Under the pieces are notes generated by a model. That model saw only the letters and a list, made by a program, of their open reading frames with translations. It made no database searches and was not told where the DNA came from. From positions 353,524,001 through 353,588,000 of the forward strand of contig OZ024742.1 in assembly GCA_964016885.1 (NCBI GenBank): a stretch of 64,000 nucleotides of DNA, written 5' to 3'. Below, piece by piece: positions 26,027 to 39,225 of this stretch. How positions within the stretch are numbered: the stretch's first letter is position 1; the number at the start of each line of letters is the position of its first letter. The translations under genes and the position numbers were made by a program. The DNA comes from Eledone cirrhosa (Eukaryota).

Positions 26027-29000
26027 AATTCAAAATATTAACAAACATAGAACATCATTGTGATCAAGTATATTTTATTATACATATTTCATAGGTACTG
26101 AGCTAACTTCAATAGTACCTCCTCATCATATAAAATAAGATGATGCATGACATACCCTGACATAGTAGATTGCTAAGATCCAGTCATGGTAGTGAGTAAA
26201 ATAAGACAACATTCAATATTTATATACCTTAAGATTGATACATGAAAAAAACTTACATATAATACATATAATACAGAGGGTGCGTGTAAGAAAGCTTAAA
26301 AATACATAACAGTAATTTACATAACTGTTAGAGATTCAAATAATTATTGAAGAAAGTGGAACGAAAACAGACATACAGAAAACATATGAGGGGAAAATAT
26401 AGCTAGAAGAGGTATAGAGAGCAAAGGAAAAGTGTTCAAAGAAAGGGAGACAAAGATGAATAATTACAATTATAGGGAGGAATGTATAGTTATGTATGAT
26501 ATATATCCATACACAACTAAATATTTTAAGGCATAGGTATGTGATAGAGTAAACTCGAATCATTGAATTATTTTAATTCAATCTAAATCATAAATATAAC
26601 TGTGTGTAATCAATAAGGGTAAATTTCATCAATTAATTAGTTATATATTTATATACTATCCAAATGTCTCCGGCTGACCGTTAAGTTTCAAATCATTTAA
26701 GTTAGTGTAGAGTAATGAATTAATTAAAGTGTATAATAGTTCAGGCTATAAAAGTTTATAAATATCTCTATTAATATTAAAGTATACTATCATATTTAAT
26801 TCATAAAATCATATTTTATGAATTCATATTTAAACTATTTGTAAACATGAGAGAGAAAACATGCTACTTTTCATCCTCTCGAAGGTAAACTTTATAATTT
26901 TATTATAATATATTTAATTATTATATTCAAGATATAATTAAAAAGGAAATTCAGAGTAACAATTATAATGCCTTAAAGCATCAAAAGGCCTTATAAATAA
27001 ACTTAAAAACAGTTTATTATTAAATTAGATATATGCATTTGTCTAAATATGAACAAAGATTATATTGTGTAAAGATTAAGATGATACCTATCATTTATAT
27101 ATAACATAATATAATATAAAACATAAATTACTCTGTAATATAGTTAAAAATTAAGGTCTTAGATCTTAGATCAACTATTATAATAAGGTCATGTAACACA
27201 TATATACTATAAATATACAAGTAAAATTTCTTGAAACATACGGATAAGAATACGATACAATGTAAAAAAAAATGAATTGTCTGTGATCTTAGATTTTCTT
27301 TATAAAATCTATATAGTAGTATAATGTGTCTGCAAACATGAGAAAGAGAAAACCTAAGGATTTCATTTACTCGAAGGTAAGCCACATTTAATTAAATTAA
27401 ATTAAATAATAATCATTATATAACTTAGAAAATTTAGAAAATAGTTCGAACATATCTAACGATCATAACACTAGAAAATCATTAAAGTATCTAAAGTGCT
27501 TATCAATAATAATCGTTATATAACTTAGAGAGTTTAGAAAATATTTAGAAAATATTTAGAAAATATTTAACGATTATAACACTAGAACGTCATTAAAGTA
27601 TTTAAAGTACTTATAAATGTAATGAGAGGCATGTTATTTTACTAGATATATTTATTCAAATAGATTTATTCAAATATAAATAGAGTATTCTAGATATTAG
27701 TGATCGATATACATATAACAAATAAACAGTACAATCATTGTTAGTAATGTTATAATTGAAGTTTTACATCAAGATAAGTGGAACAAAGATTGACGACTAG
27801 TATCGTGTGTGATGCATATACCGTAAATATATATAAATAAAAATATATAAATGAAACTTCCTGAATCGTATAACATACTACAGATAAGTAAATATACAAA
27901 AACATAAATGCATGAATGATTTATGGTACATTATAATTGATAACCGTATATGCCATATATTTAACAAAATATATACAAGAATCCCAGTCAAAAATTAAAT
28001 ATAGCATAACAATCAAAAGGTATGCACATTCATCAAGAGATCATGTTAATCAAAAATATGTTTATATACCTAAATAGGACCCTTTAATCTAACATTAATC
28101 ATATCATAAAGAATTAAAAAATAAAAATTATTAAAGTTTTATAATCTGTTATAACGTTTTAGGTACACAGTTGATAAGTGACGTCAAAAATTAGGTGTCA
28201 ACAATTAGAACCTGCTTATTTAGTGTTTTTTCCTGACGTTTTGCGAGGCTTGGAACGTAGACGGAGCTTTATGAAGTCAGTTTGAGAATAATTCACTCTT
28301 TTTGTTAATTACATTTTCACAATCAATAATTATTAAAAGCGTCTACATGGTACAGCGGTTGCAGTTAGGTGATGTTGACGAATTCAAATAAATTCTACTA
28401 TTACATAACTTCGCCCAAGTAATTTAAGTGTTTGTCTTTTAAAGACCATATACGTTGTGATAAAGAAGTCGAAGATTTCCTATTAAGATTCGAAAAAGAG
28501 CATTTGCGATTCGCAAATCTAGATTTAAATGTCGAAGAAGTTGCACCTATAACCTTGTATGTAATGTTATTTGCTTTCACGGTGGATTTATATACCAACT
28601 TGCTATCAAGACAGTTATTTTGCAGAGGCGAATCAGGTCTATGTCTACAATTACAGTTCGATTCATTGTTATTACTATACATTGTACTATTTACATTAAC
28701 ATTATTAGTATTCCAAAATGTTCTATTGATTGCTGATGTTACTGTTATTTCTAGTGTCAATATAGCTAGTGTTATTATATCATTATAGTTAAATGTATTT
28801 TGATTTAGAATTCTACTATTTATTTATTATTTTCGATTTCTTATTATTATAATTTATATTAACAGTATTATTACTTCGAAATGTTCTATTGATAGTGCTT
28901 ATATTGCTGTTAATGTTATTCATAGTATCAATATTGTTAGTGCTATTATATTCATTATTGTTAAATGTATGGTGATTCTGGTTTAGAATTGTACTATTTA

Positions 29001-29602
29001 ATTTAGCGAAGTTTTGGGCCATATTCATAGTTGTAGAATAAGAAAGCTTAATTGTGTGTCTGTTAATTATAATTATTCCTCTTTGTCTCCCTTTCCTTGA
29101 TCAATTTTCCTTTGCTCTCTATACCTCTTCTAACTATATTTTCCCCTCATATGTTTTCTCTCTGTCTTTTTTCTTTCCTCTTTCTTCAATAATTATTTGA
29201 ATCTCTAACAGTTATGTAAATTACTGTCATGTATTTTTAAGCTTTCTTACACGCACCCTCTGTATTATATGTATTATATGTAAGTTTTTTCATGTAGCAA
29301 TCTAAAGGTATATAAATATTGAGTTTTGTCATATCTTATTCACTACCATGACTGAATCTTAACCATCTACTATGTCTGGGTATGTTATGCATCATCTTAT
29401 TTTATCTGATGAGGATGTACTGTTGAAGTTAGCTCAGTACCTCTGAAATATGTATAATAAAATATACCTGATCACGATGAAGTTCTATTTTTGTTAATAT
29501 TTTGAATGAATATTAATAACTCCGTAAAACCAAACTTTTGAGTGCTTCCAATCTATTGTAAAACTAATTCTTTGATTTATTCATCGAACATTGTTTAACC
29601 AT

Positions 29603-29607
<5 letters not shown>
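26025..29607 (-). mobile_element. 5'-truncated PLE with inverted pLTR and GIY-YIG remnant
   Basis: ORF 28401-28760 reads CNCRHRPDSPLQNNCLDSKLVYKSTV...KVIGATSSTFKSRFANRKCSF...SLSQRIWSLKDK. 26025-26430 is inverted at ~29085-29505. (TA)n flanks. Confidence 0.85.
29400..29462 (+). ncRNA. Type I hammerhead, intact core, in inverted pLTR (second copy 26073-26135 minus, with C3->A)
   Basis: UUUUAU-CUGAUGA-GGAUGUACUG...CAGUACCUCU-GAAAU-AUGU-AUA-AUAAAA, with a 6-bp stem I. Confidence 0.75.
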
Positions 29608-29655
<48 letters not shown>

Positions 29656-30081
29656 GGGATAACAAATTATTGTTATAGGTAGTCCACGTAGATGTAGTCC
29701 AGTTAGGGTACTCCGAGTAGTGGATAGTATTAACGCTTGGCTAAGTTTGACTCAACAAGACGTTTCCATACTGATGCTGCGAGTACGCGGTGATTTCTAT
29801 GTAGTTTACACTTGGAGTAATAATAAATCAAGAAAGAAGAGTGACATGGTTTGCTATACAATAAGGGCTTTATTCACATTGCTGACAATTGTTTATCTGA
29901 ACTGGTAGGTCTAGAGGTCGCTACTGGCCTGTTTTTGCGTCAATCGGTCACCAATACTTTGTTATAACCAGCTAATTTATTTGTTATAACTAGCTAATTT
30001 ATTTGAGTATCGTTATTATTGTTCTGATTTAATGCCGCTACTATATATAGAAGCCATGCCTGTGTATTTCCTTCATTCTCG

Positions 30082-30194
30082 CATGCTCTGACGAATAGAC
30101 TGGTTATAACAAAGTATTGGTGATCGATTGACGCAAAAACAGGCGGGTAGCGATCTCTAGACCTACCAATTCAGAGAAACAATTGTCAGCAATG
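30082..30194 (+). ncRNA. Hammerhead with 81-nt stem II region inside a small fold-back element (~29822-29970 / ~30097-30250)
   Basis: CAUGCU-CUGACGA-...-GAAAC-AAUU-GUC-AGCAAUG. The inverted arm preserves the ACUGGU/ACCAGU stem II pairing. Confidence 0.6.
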
Positions 30195-30242
30195 TGAATA
30201 AAGCCCTTATTGTATAGCAAACCATGTCACTCTTCTTTCTTG

Positions 30243-30305
<63 letters not shown>

Positions 30306-30308
30306 TAT

Positions 30309-30343
<35 letters not shown>

Positions 30344-30439
30344 CATATAGTAATAATAATAAATTTGAAGACTAAAATCCAAAGAGGGCTCAATCAAGAT
30401 AAATATATATCAAAATATAAGAACCGTAGAGCAAATATT

Positions 30440-30470
<31 letters not shown>

Positions 30471-31084
30471 GAGTAACCGGTGGTCTTGTTTATTGCATGT
30501 TAATGGTTACCAAGACTACTTACACCTTCGTTTCGGCCAAGAGTTATAGAAGATGGAATCTTATATTATTCCAGTAATGTATAATAGCTGATTAAACAGA
30601 GTGGTTGCCGGTCCAGCAAAAATTATCTATTCGTATTGGTGCTCTCAAGTAGCGATGTATATACCTGAATGTATGTATAGTATATTTTATAATATACTGT
30701 ATGTTTAATTAAAAACATTTTAAGACCATTCACTATGAATTTTAAACTTGTGACTATGTCACTTACGTATCCGCCGAACTCTATTTGTGTGAAGCCTATA
30801 TGTTTTGGAATCATAAACAGTTTTCGGTTGTTAATTTTTTTTCCGACTGAGATACATATATGTTATCACCTAACACTATTGTGGTATTTGAAAACTTCCT
30901 AAATTTTAAATGAATTTCGATTTGACACTGCAAAGTAAAATGTATAGTCCAATTTGATTTCTATTACTTTAATTTCTGAATTTCATTAAATAATTAAATC
31001 AAGAAGTTTTGTTTCAACAGGAAATCTCATATTTTAGTCAGTGTTCTATTTTCCTTTTTCATGAGTCTATGAATGTCCTTCTAG

Positions 31085-32029
31085 AACTGTTCATCGCCGT
31101 GGGAGAAATCATTTCAAATGAAAGAGTGGTGAGTTGTTTTCACTTCACGGTAGATGTCCATCAGAAAACAAGGATATGCAATGGAAAAGTGAAAATAGAG
31201 ATACATTTTATAGGCCCTGAAATTAGAATGTACAGTTTCGGAACAACTTACTGACGCCAGTTTTACCAATAGTTTTACGAATATTTGCGGAAATGCTTCT
31301 AGAAATTTAGTAGAACATTTTAAAAATACAGAATTGAAGTTATTTGGTTTATGTAAGCGATCGCATAAGTTAATGCAGAGAATATTATTTTTATTAATGA
31401 TGATGTGTTTGGACGTGTCTATTTGGTATAATTCAAACAATTAGGAGTCCTGTCATTCAATTATTCTTAGAAAACGACAGATATGATATATTTTTACTGC
31501 GGCTAATCAGGCCTTTCATATTGCGTTTTGCTTTCCCGTTGTTAACATATAAATATAAATAACGTACGCTTTCCTTGGTTTACAGTAGATTAGCCTTTTG
31601 TTGAATACACTTATATATCATGGCATATATTACCTGATTTGTTGTAAAAATATACACATGGATGTATACAATATATACAGATTAACACAGTGTGTGATAT
31701 ATGAATAGTGGTATAAATATGGGTGCTAAATAATGCAACATATAATAGAGGATTTAGTGTAATTATTAACAGAAATGCAAGATTAGATATAGGTGAGATT
31801 CCATTATCCCTTACATGCCTTTAAATCGAAAGATTTCAGAATTTCCCTTGTGGCTATGTATTTATTATCTATGGTAGAAATCTGAAAGACGCAGAGAATT
31901 GCTGTGTTGAGATACAAAATATATCGGCTACTTTACCTTGTACATGTAGAACCCCAACAAACAGTCAAGAATTGATATTACGTATTAATTTACAATATAT
32001 GACCTTTCGGATATACTCTGGCACCTATG
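31085..32029 (+). CDS. Candidate phase-compatible exon pair 31085-31128 and 31840-32029
   Basis: CTAG|..|GTGAGT and TTTCAG|..|GTAAAT. The joined frame (E)LFIAVGEIISNERV-NFPCGYVFIIYGRNLKDAENCCVEIQ...YSGTY is open for about 78 codons; product unrecognised. Confidence 0.3.
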
Positions 32030-33074
32030 GTAAATCATGCTTAAGATGGTGTCTGTGTTTTGATACATTTGATACATTTGATACCTTTGAAATGGATCTA
32101 TAAGTAAATCAGCTAGATATTCTTTAAGTGTACTAAATCTTAGAGTATGATTTTTCTTCCATTTGGAGGAAAATCGGTTACGTACTTTTCGAGTTTTATA
32201 GATTTGACCCAGTCATGCGGTCAGACATCATCAGTTATGTCTATTGCACCTGCATGCATACTGTACAGAGTAAAGCCTGCAATGCCTGAGTAAAACGCCA
32301 TGCAACCACACATCATTTTGGTCCTTCCCCACAGGAGACCATAGCCTCTTCGTAAATGTACCCAATCTGATATAGACTGATTTCTATATCGAATGCGGAA
32401 AGCTTCGGAGTTAGTATTGGGGTCACCATGAAGAAATTCATGTTGGGGTTACCGCGGAATTAGTACAACCGCTGTTCGGCGTACATGCGCAGGGCGTTCA
32501 TACTGCAGTGTCGGTGCAACAAAAAGTGTCTTAGTAGAAGTAGCACAGACGTAGGTTTTACGCTGTCAATAACACGGCAACGGACATGGGGTCCGGATTT
32601 GCGCGTGATGAAAGCATAAAGCGTCAACAGGGCGCCGACAAATATTTTAAGGTCCTCATCATTTTCTCAATCCCCCGAAAATATTCCTGCTTAAAAGTAA
32701 GTAAGTGTTGTGTCCTCTGTTAAATAAACCAAATTTTTTAATGAAATATTATACGCTACTTACGATGTCTAAGTAGCGTTTATATTGAAAATGAAAATGA
32801 AAATGACATGTAATGCCCAATACTAATTCGTAAATTTCCTAGAAACCATTAACGGAATCTGAAATTTATTTCGTCCTCAGCAATGCGAGGGGACCAACGA
32901 ATGTGTGATGCACATTTCGAGTAAATCGGCTGTATTATCTTTAAGTTACGCCTCAAAAAAGCCAAAATAATGCCTTAAGATCCGGTCTTTCGCCTATTGC
33001 TGGGCATAGGGCAGTTACATTTGTTTTTAGCCCATTACAAATCAGGTATTATAAGTAACGTATCTGTAAAGTGT

Positions 33075-33190
33075 GAAAAAAGTCGGGCGAGTACTTCTCG
33101 AGTTTTAGGGACTAACACAGACAGACATACATCCTCTGTTTTATATATATAGACTAGCAGAAAACCACCCGGTGGGCGGTTTTCTGCTAG
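33075..33190 (-). mobile_element. Junction of two minus-strand Helitron-like repeats
   Basis: The minus-strand 5' end TCTATATATATAAAACAGAGGATGTATGTCTGTCTGTG abuts a CTAGT-ending GC-rich hairpin (CTAGCAGAAAACC...GGTTTTCTGCTAG). Confidence 0.5.
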
Positions 33191-33703
33191 CAAATCTAGT
33201 GTCTATACTGATATTGTTGAGATTTGGATGAGAAATGTTTTCGGCACCACATGTTCACCGTCTCTCGGTGTGTCTGTTATGCATGTATAAATATATATGT
33301 TATCTATACGGTGAAATCTTTGAAATAAATATATGTTAAAACGAAAAAGGAGAAGAAGAGATTAGTGACGGACATATAAACGTTATAATACATAAACGGT
33401 ATGATATAACGATGGAAATATATCTTCAAATGGTCGTTGGCATGGTGTTAAGTCAGAACCGCCTCAAACTGGTTACTTCTGGCTTGTGCAAGGTGTCTCT
33501 ATAGCAACGAGCGATTCCCTCGGCCTCAGTGACCATAGTCAGTGGAGAGGGGAAGGTAATGTTTCTATGGTGACAATGTTTCTCTTGGTAGTACCAAAGT
33601 GGAGAAAGAAAGGGGAAGGTAATATTTCTGTAGCACCTACATTTGAGTTTTAGGGAAGGACAGACAGAGAGCAGACAGACAAACAGAGAAATGACCATAT
33701 ATT

Positions 33704-33742
<39 letters not shown>

Positions 33743-33768
33743 CACACACAAAAATGTATATAAATTTC

Positions 33769-33819
<51 letters not shown>

Positions 33820-34074
33820 CACACACATAATTGTATATATATTTCTGCGTGTATATATATATATATATATTACACACACAGAAATGTATATATGTTTCTG
33901 TGTGTATATATATATATATTACACACACAGAAATGTATATATATTTCTTAGAACAACATTATTATTAATATTTTGCTGTTCATAACAATTGCAATTGAAA
34001 AATTACTTTTGAAATTATTAGTTATTTTACTACTGCTTAGATATGTAAAAATGAAGCCATGTTTCTAATACTTA

Positions 34075-34265
34075 TTTCTACTTTTGGCACAAGGCCAGCA
34101 CTTAGGCAGTAGATTACTGGTACTTTATTTTATCGACCCCGTGAGGATGAAAGGCAACGTTAATCTCGGCGATATTTGAACTCAGACCGTAAAGGGACGT
34201 AACTCGATGCTATGAAGCATGGTGTCCGACTCTCTACAGATTCTGCCAATCCAACGCCCTAATGC
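34075..34265 (-). mobile_element. SINE copy (octopus-type family)
   Basis: Reverse complement of the 16313 family (TTTCTACTTTTGGCACAAGGCCAGC...TTTATCGACCCCGTGAGGATGAAAGGC...TTTGAACTC). Confidence 0.8.
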
Positions 34266-34675
34266 CTGTACGTAATGAGGGAGTGAGAGGGGAGAGAAAG
34301 AAAGGCAGAGGTGAAGTGACGAAGTGACTCTCTCTTCCTCCTCCTCCTCCATCTCCCCATTCGTCACAGCGATAGAGGGGAGGAATGTTAGTGTGTTACA
34401 AAGAGAAAGAGTGAGAGTGATAGAAACAGACAGACTAAAAGAGAGGGATAGCTGGAGAGAGATATATATAGCAACCACGCGCGCACGTGTTTATACTGTC
34501 GGTCAGACAGACAGAGAAATTGCTGGTTATATATTATAAGGATATATATATGTAGGAAAAGAATGTGGACTCCGACATCTGAGCTCCGGTCGTTACATAT
34601 AGATAATCAATAGATACACAATAAACAATCAGACGGGTAACCAAATAAAACGAGAGATAGACTGAAAACCATTTC

Positions 34676-34710
<35 letters not shown>

Positions 34711-34714
<4 letters not shown>

Positions 34715-35580
34715 TAAAATAACAGATTAAAGTTTAAGCAGAAATCGCTGCTTTCACCCTTAACGGGATCTTCTGAAACTAACAAAGTCAATCTGTAAAC
34801 GCAGAACTGGATATTTCAAAAAACGTTGCAACCGGAGGAAGACAGGAAGACGATACTTTGGTTCGTGGTAACGTTCGCTGGCAAAGAACGGGAAAAAACG
34901 AATAATACGTCATTAATAGGAGCAATGAAAAACAATTATGCGCAAAGACAAAACCACGTTTATGGTATAAAAGAGGTCGTAGACTAATGTTCTCTTAGGT
35001 GGTGCATAGAGACGTTCTCTGGCAATGAACGAAAAAACGAAGATAATAAGTCATATGTGGAGCGTGGAGAACAATAGCACGCAAAGACAAAACCACGTAA
35101 ATGGTATAGCAGAAATCGTAGACTAAAATTCTAACGCTCCACATATGACTTATTATCTTCGTTTTTTCGTTCATTGCCAGAGAACGTCTCTATGCACCAC
35201 CTAAGAGAACATTAGTCTACGACCTCTTTTATACCATAAACGTGGTTTTGTCTTTGCGCATAATTGATTTTCATCGCTCCTATTAATGACGTATTATTCG
35301 TTTTTTCCCGTTCTTTGCAAGCGAACGTTACCACGAACCAAAGTATCGTCTTCCTGTCTTCCTCCGGTTGCAACGTTTTTTGAAATATCCAGTTCTGCGT
35401 TTACATATTGACTTTGTTAGTTTCAGAAGATCCCGTTAAGGGTGAAAGCAACGATTCTTTGCTTAAACTTTAATCTGTTATTTTAATAAATATTTGCTCT
35501 ACGGTTCTTATATATTTGATATATATTTTCCTTATCGAGCCCTCTTTGGATTTTAGTCTTCAATTTTATTATTATTACTA
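34711..35580. mobile_element. Near-perfect ~360-bp-arm fold-back element with variant hammerheads
   Basis: 34711-35068 is inverted at ~35134-35490. HHR-like motifs at 34731-34780 (-) and 35419-35469 (+). Family fragments at 20012-20080, ~30350-30440 and ~41060-41105. Confidence 0.8.
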
Positions 35581-37889
35581 TATATATATATAGGATCAGC
35601 TCAGATCACTAACAACATTTTATATATGACGTCAGCTTTCTGAAAGTCAACACACATACCTTCATCTTTCTTCCAGGAAAATACTTTATGAAAACATAAA
35701 TGTGCATGCTATCATCGCTAGTTAACCACATTGGTTCCTTCTAATGTTTCGCATAACATGTATATACAGCTATATGATACCTAATTAGAAATTACTGATT
35801 TATGAAGAAGTGTTAGCTTTGATTATAATTCCACCAATTTAACTTTGGAAATAAGTCAAGTCTGTTTTATTTTAATACAATGGAATTATATATTTATATA
35901 TTTTATATCTTGATGAGTTTAGAAATATTATTTTCATATTGAAATATGTGTCTCTTGGCCTAGTTTAAAAAACAAACGTTATTTGTTTTCGCATAAGCAT
36001 ACAGTTTTCAAGTTTCATGTAGGATTTATTTCATGATCCATAATAATTTATTTTACTAACTACGGGGAATTTTCATAACATTTACCTGTGTCAAATATGT
36101 TATTACATTTTGTTTTACTTTCTATATACCGTATATTAAATTCAATTATATTGGAAATATAAATTGGATTACGTAACATTTTCAGATTCTGGAGATGTAT
36201 GCTTTTAAATACCAGAAGCCTGCTTTAGCGTTGTTTACTAACACATCGAAATCATGCAACTTTAAATCACCATTGAGTGAAATATATATTTCAGATAATT
36301 TAGTCTCATGATCTCTAAATTATTTCATTCTAAATTTCATTGTATCCTCAAAGTTAAGTTGTAGCTTTTATAAGCGAACTGTTCTCTTTCACATTTATCT
36401 CACATCCTTAATATTTGTTATTTTACATATCAAAACGCTAACCCTTTCTACTTTCATATGCTCATCGTTAACAAGAAAACAAGACGGGATTTTAGACAAA
36501 TGGGATAATATACAGAACGTTTTATTAGTTTTTGAATTCCAGTTCCTGATGTTACACAATTATACGTACACGTTCGTGTGATATACATAGTATTAAATAA
36601 CATAATTATTGAACTATTCTCGCTTGAATAGCAATTTTATATTAAACCTGATTGCAAACCTCATACTATTCACTGAAGTTTATGACAATTCTTTAACATC
36701 TTATTTTTAAGTTTACTCCTTCCAATTGGCACTACGATTAAATGCACAAGTGGATGTATCAACAATACACATTTAACTTTCAGCGATCACTGTATCATCT
36801 CCAATAACAATACACTTTTTAACGATTTCAAATGTATTCAAAAACGTTATGCTCTTTTTATAGCAGCACTGTATTTATTCATTTTATTTTAGTGAATTCA
36901 TATTTTTATTTAAACCATTGCTATTTTTTTACAGATCACTTCACTTATCATCATTGAAATAAATGTGCTGAAATGTTAAAGAGATAATTTACACTGATAT
37001 ATCTGTTTCTTTTTCCTATTCTTTTGGTATTTTGTTTTGATACTCAGAAAATCTAAAGCAAGAAAAGCAAGACTACTCTATTGAAATAATTTTCTTCTTC
37101 ACGGATTTCCTTCGCTTTAAAAATAATACACAAAGAAACGTTTGAAGAATCGATACTCTAATTGCAGAATAGTTAGTGCTATAATAAAGTTCCTAATAGG
37201 CTGCAAAACAGTTATAATTCCTCGGTTCCAACCGACAACGAATTATAATGACTTTCAACTGAATGCAAAACAACAGTTAAAAGGTATATAAAGAAAGTTA
37301 CTCTGAATAATGACCTTTTCTATAATTTTAGTGTTCAAAAAATTCACTCAATTTGATATTTCTGTAAAGAAATATACTACTTTCTGTAACTATTATTCAT
37401 GTAGTATTTTGGAAGTCATTTGTTAAAAAGTGAAATGTTGTTTATCAGCAGTAGGAAGTTTAAAATTAAAATGAGATGTTTCTCTATAGCTTATTGTCTC
37501 TCTAAATATCACAGTATATCTATTTCTTTTATACATATTTCCCTCTATATCACACGGTATACCTGTATCTCATTCTTTTTTCATATTTATTTGTATCTAA
37601 ATTCTATTTATTCATACAACTTCCTACTATGAATCTCCTGTTTCAAACACGTTAGCAGCCGAAATATATTTAAGGTAGGACTTATTTAAACCACTCTCTC
37701 CAAATGTATCTCTATCTACCTATCTACTTTCCCGTCTTTTCCAAAGTATATCTAATAAGCTTTTTTTGTTTATGAATTATGTATTGATGTTACGTTAACT
37801 CACCCTTTGAGGGTAGATCAATCTGTACCTCCATGCATTACGCAATTTAGAGATCCTCTCAGGAATAAGTGGGCGACGAAAAAGAAGAA

Positions 37890-38272
37890 AAAAGAAACAC
37901 ATTCCTTAGTTTAATAGCTGAGATAATATTCCCACCGTTGAGTTTTAATTTTAATTCTGTCCCACATCGTCGTCCCGACTATGTGATTATCTGTTACTTC
38001 ACCAGTTCATGCTTATTCCATCAGCTTTCAATATTTGAAAATCCTCTTCCTTCAATGTATTTCTTCATGTTACCATGTAACATCACAATTCCTTCTCTCC
38101 GAACATCTTTTCTTCCTTTCATAATCAATACAGCGCCTTTTGACAAACTAGATTCTATCTTGATAACATCTGAAAATATCCTAATGACGTTACCTAATCT
38201 ATCTATTTGAGGTTAAATTTTCGCAAACAATTGAAGATCGTCCAAGAAGAGGTGATTGAGCCTCTCTCTCTT
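37890..38272 (-). mobile_element. Decayed R4/Dong-like non-LTR RT fragment
   Basis: Minus translation RLNHLF-LDDLQLFAK...RIFSDVIKIESSLSKGAVLIMKG...KLNGGNIISAI matches the NHLL.MDDLKL / KLN.GN.I.AIN motifs of that clade. Confidence 0.7.
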
Positions 38273-38334
38273 CCATTCTTCAGTTCATAAAATTAATATT
38301 ATCATTAGTAATATTAGTTGTATTGCTTTAATAC

Positions 38335-38735
38335 GGTGGTAGAATTACAGTATCGGTAGAGCGTCGCACAGCGTGTTTCTCAGCCAAGAGTTACGGCCCT
38401 TTACGTTATGTGTTCACATCCCGCCTAGAGTAGCTTTGCCTTTTTTTCTTCGGAATCGATAAATATAGTACTATTGATGCACTGGTGTAATTTAGTAGAC
38501 CCCCCCACTTCTTCAAGTTACTGGCCTTGTGGATTGACAGTATCCGGATAGCGTCTGACATCTTGCTTCTCGGCAGAGAGTTAGGCCCATTATATTGTGA
38601 GTTCAAATCACGCCGAGGTAAGCTTTTGCCTTTCATCATTACGGGATCTATAAAATAAAGTACCTGTAACGTACTTGTGTCTATATAATCGACTTAAATT
38701 TGCTGTCCTTGTGCCTAAATCAGAAACCCTTATAA
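38335..38735 (+). mobile_element. Two tandem degenerate SINE copies
   Basis: Same core and tail as the 16313 family. Confidence 0.7.
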
Positions 38736-38939
38736 TTTCATGATTATATGGAATTAAAAAGGAAACAAAAACTTTAGATTGACCAACATCAAAAAGTTCA
38801 GAGTATGTATTAACTACCACATGACGTATTACACTCCTGCATGTCATTTATACCATAGTCCACTGCGATGATAAAAAGCTAGGGAGCCAACGTATCTCCC
38901 TGGAGCACTTCAGCCACTATCTCAAATAACGCTGTCATC

Positions 38940-39225
38940 CCATCAGGTGTAATGACTTGGGCTTTGATATTGTTTCACTCTCTTCTTGCGGATTCCATAA
39001 GTTGTATGATCTTCATGAGGCAGTGACACAGAGGAGACTGAGGTTAGCTGGACATGTTCAAAGACATCAAGAGTTGACACTGCACTCAGTGATCCATTGG
39101 AAGACCCTGCACGGACACACTGGAAGAGGAAGACCGAGGTTAACATATGTTGATGCCCTAAGGGTAGACACTGGTCTCTTGGAGACACAGGACATGGCAG
39201 CCATAATGTTACAGACCTGAACGTC
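38940..39225 (+). mobile_element. RTE-clade LINE 3' coding remnant
   Basis: QRRLRLAGHVQRH...HWKTLHGHTGRGRPRLTYVDALRVDTG is the typical RTE ORF C-terminus. Confidence 0.8.
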
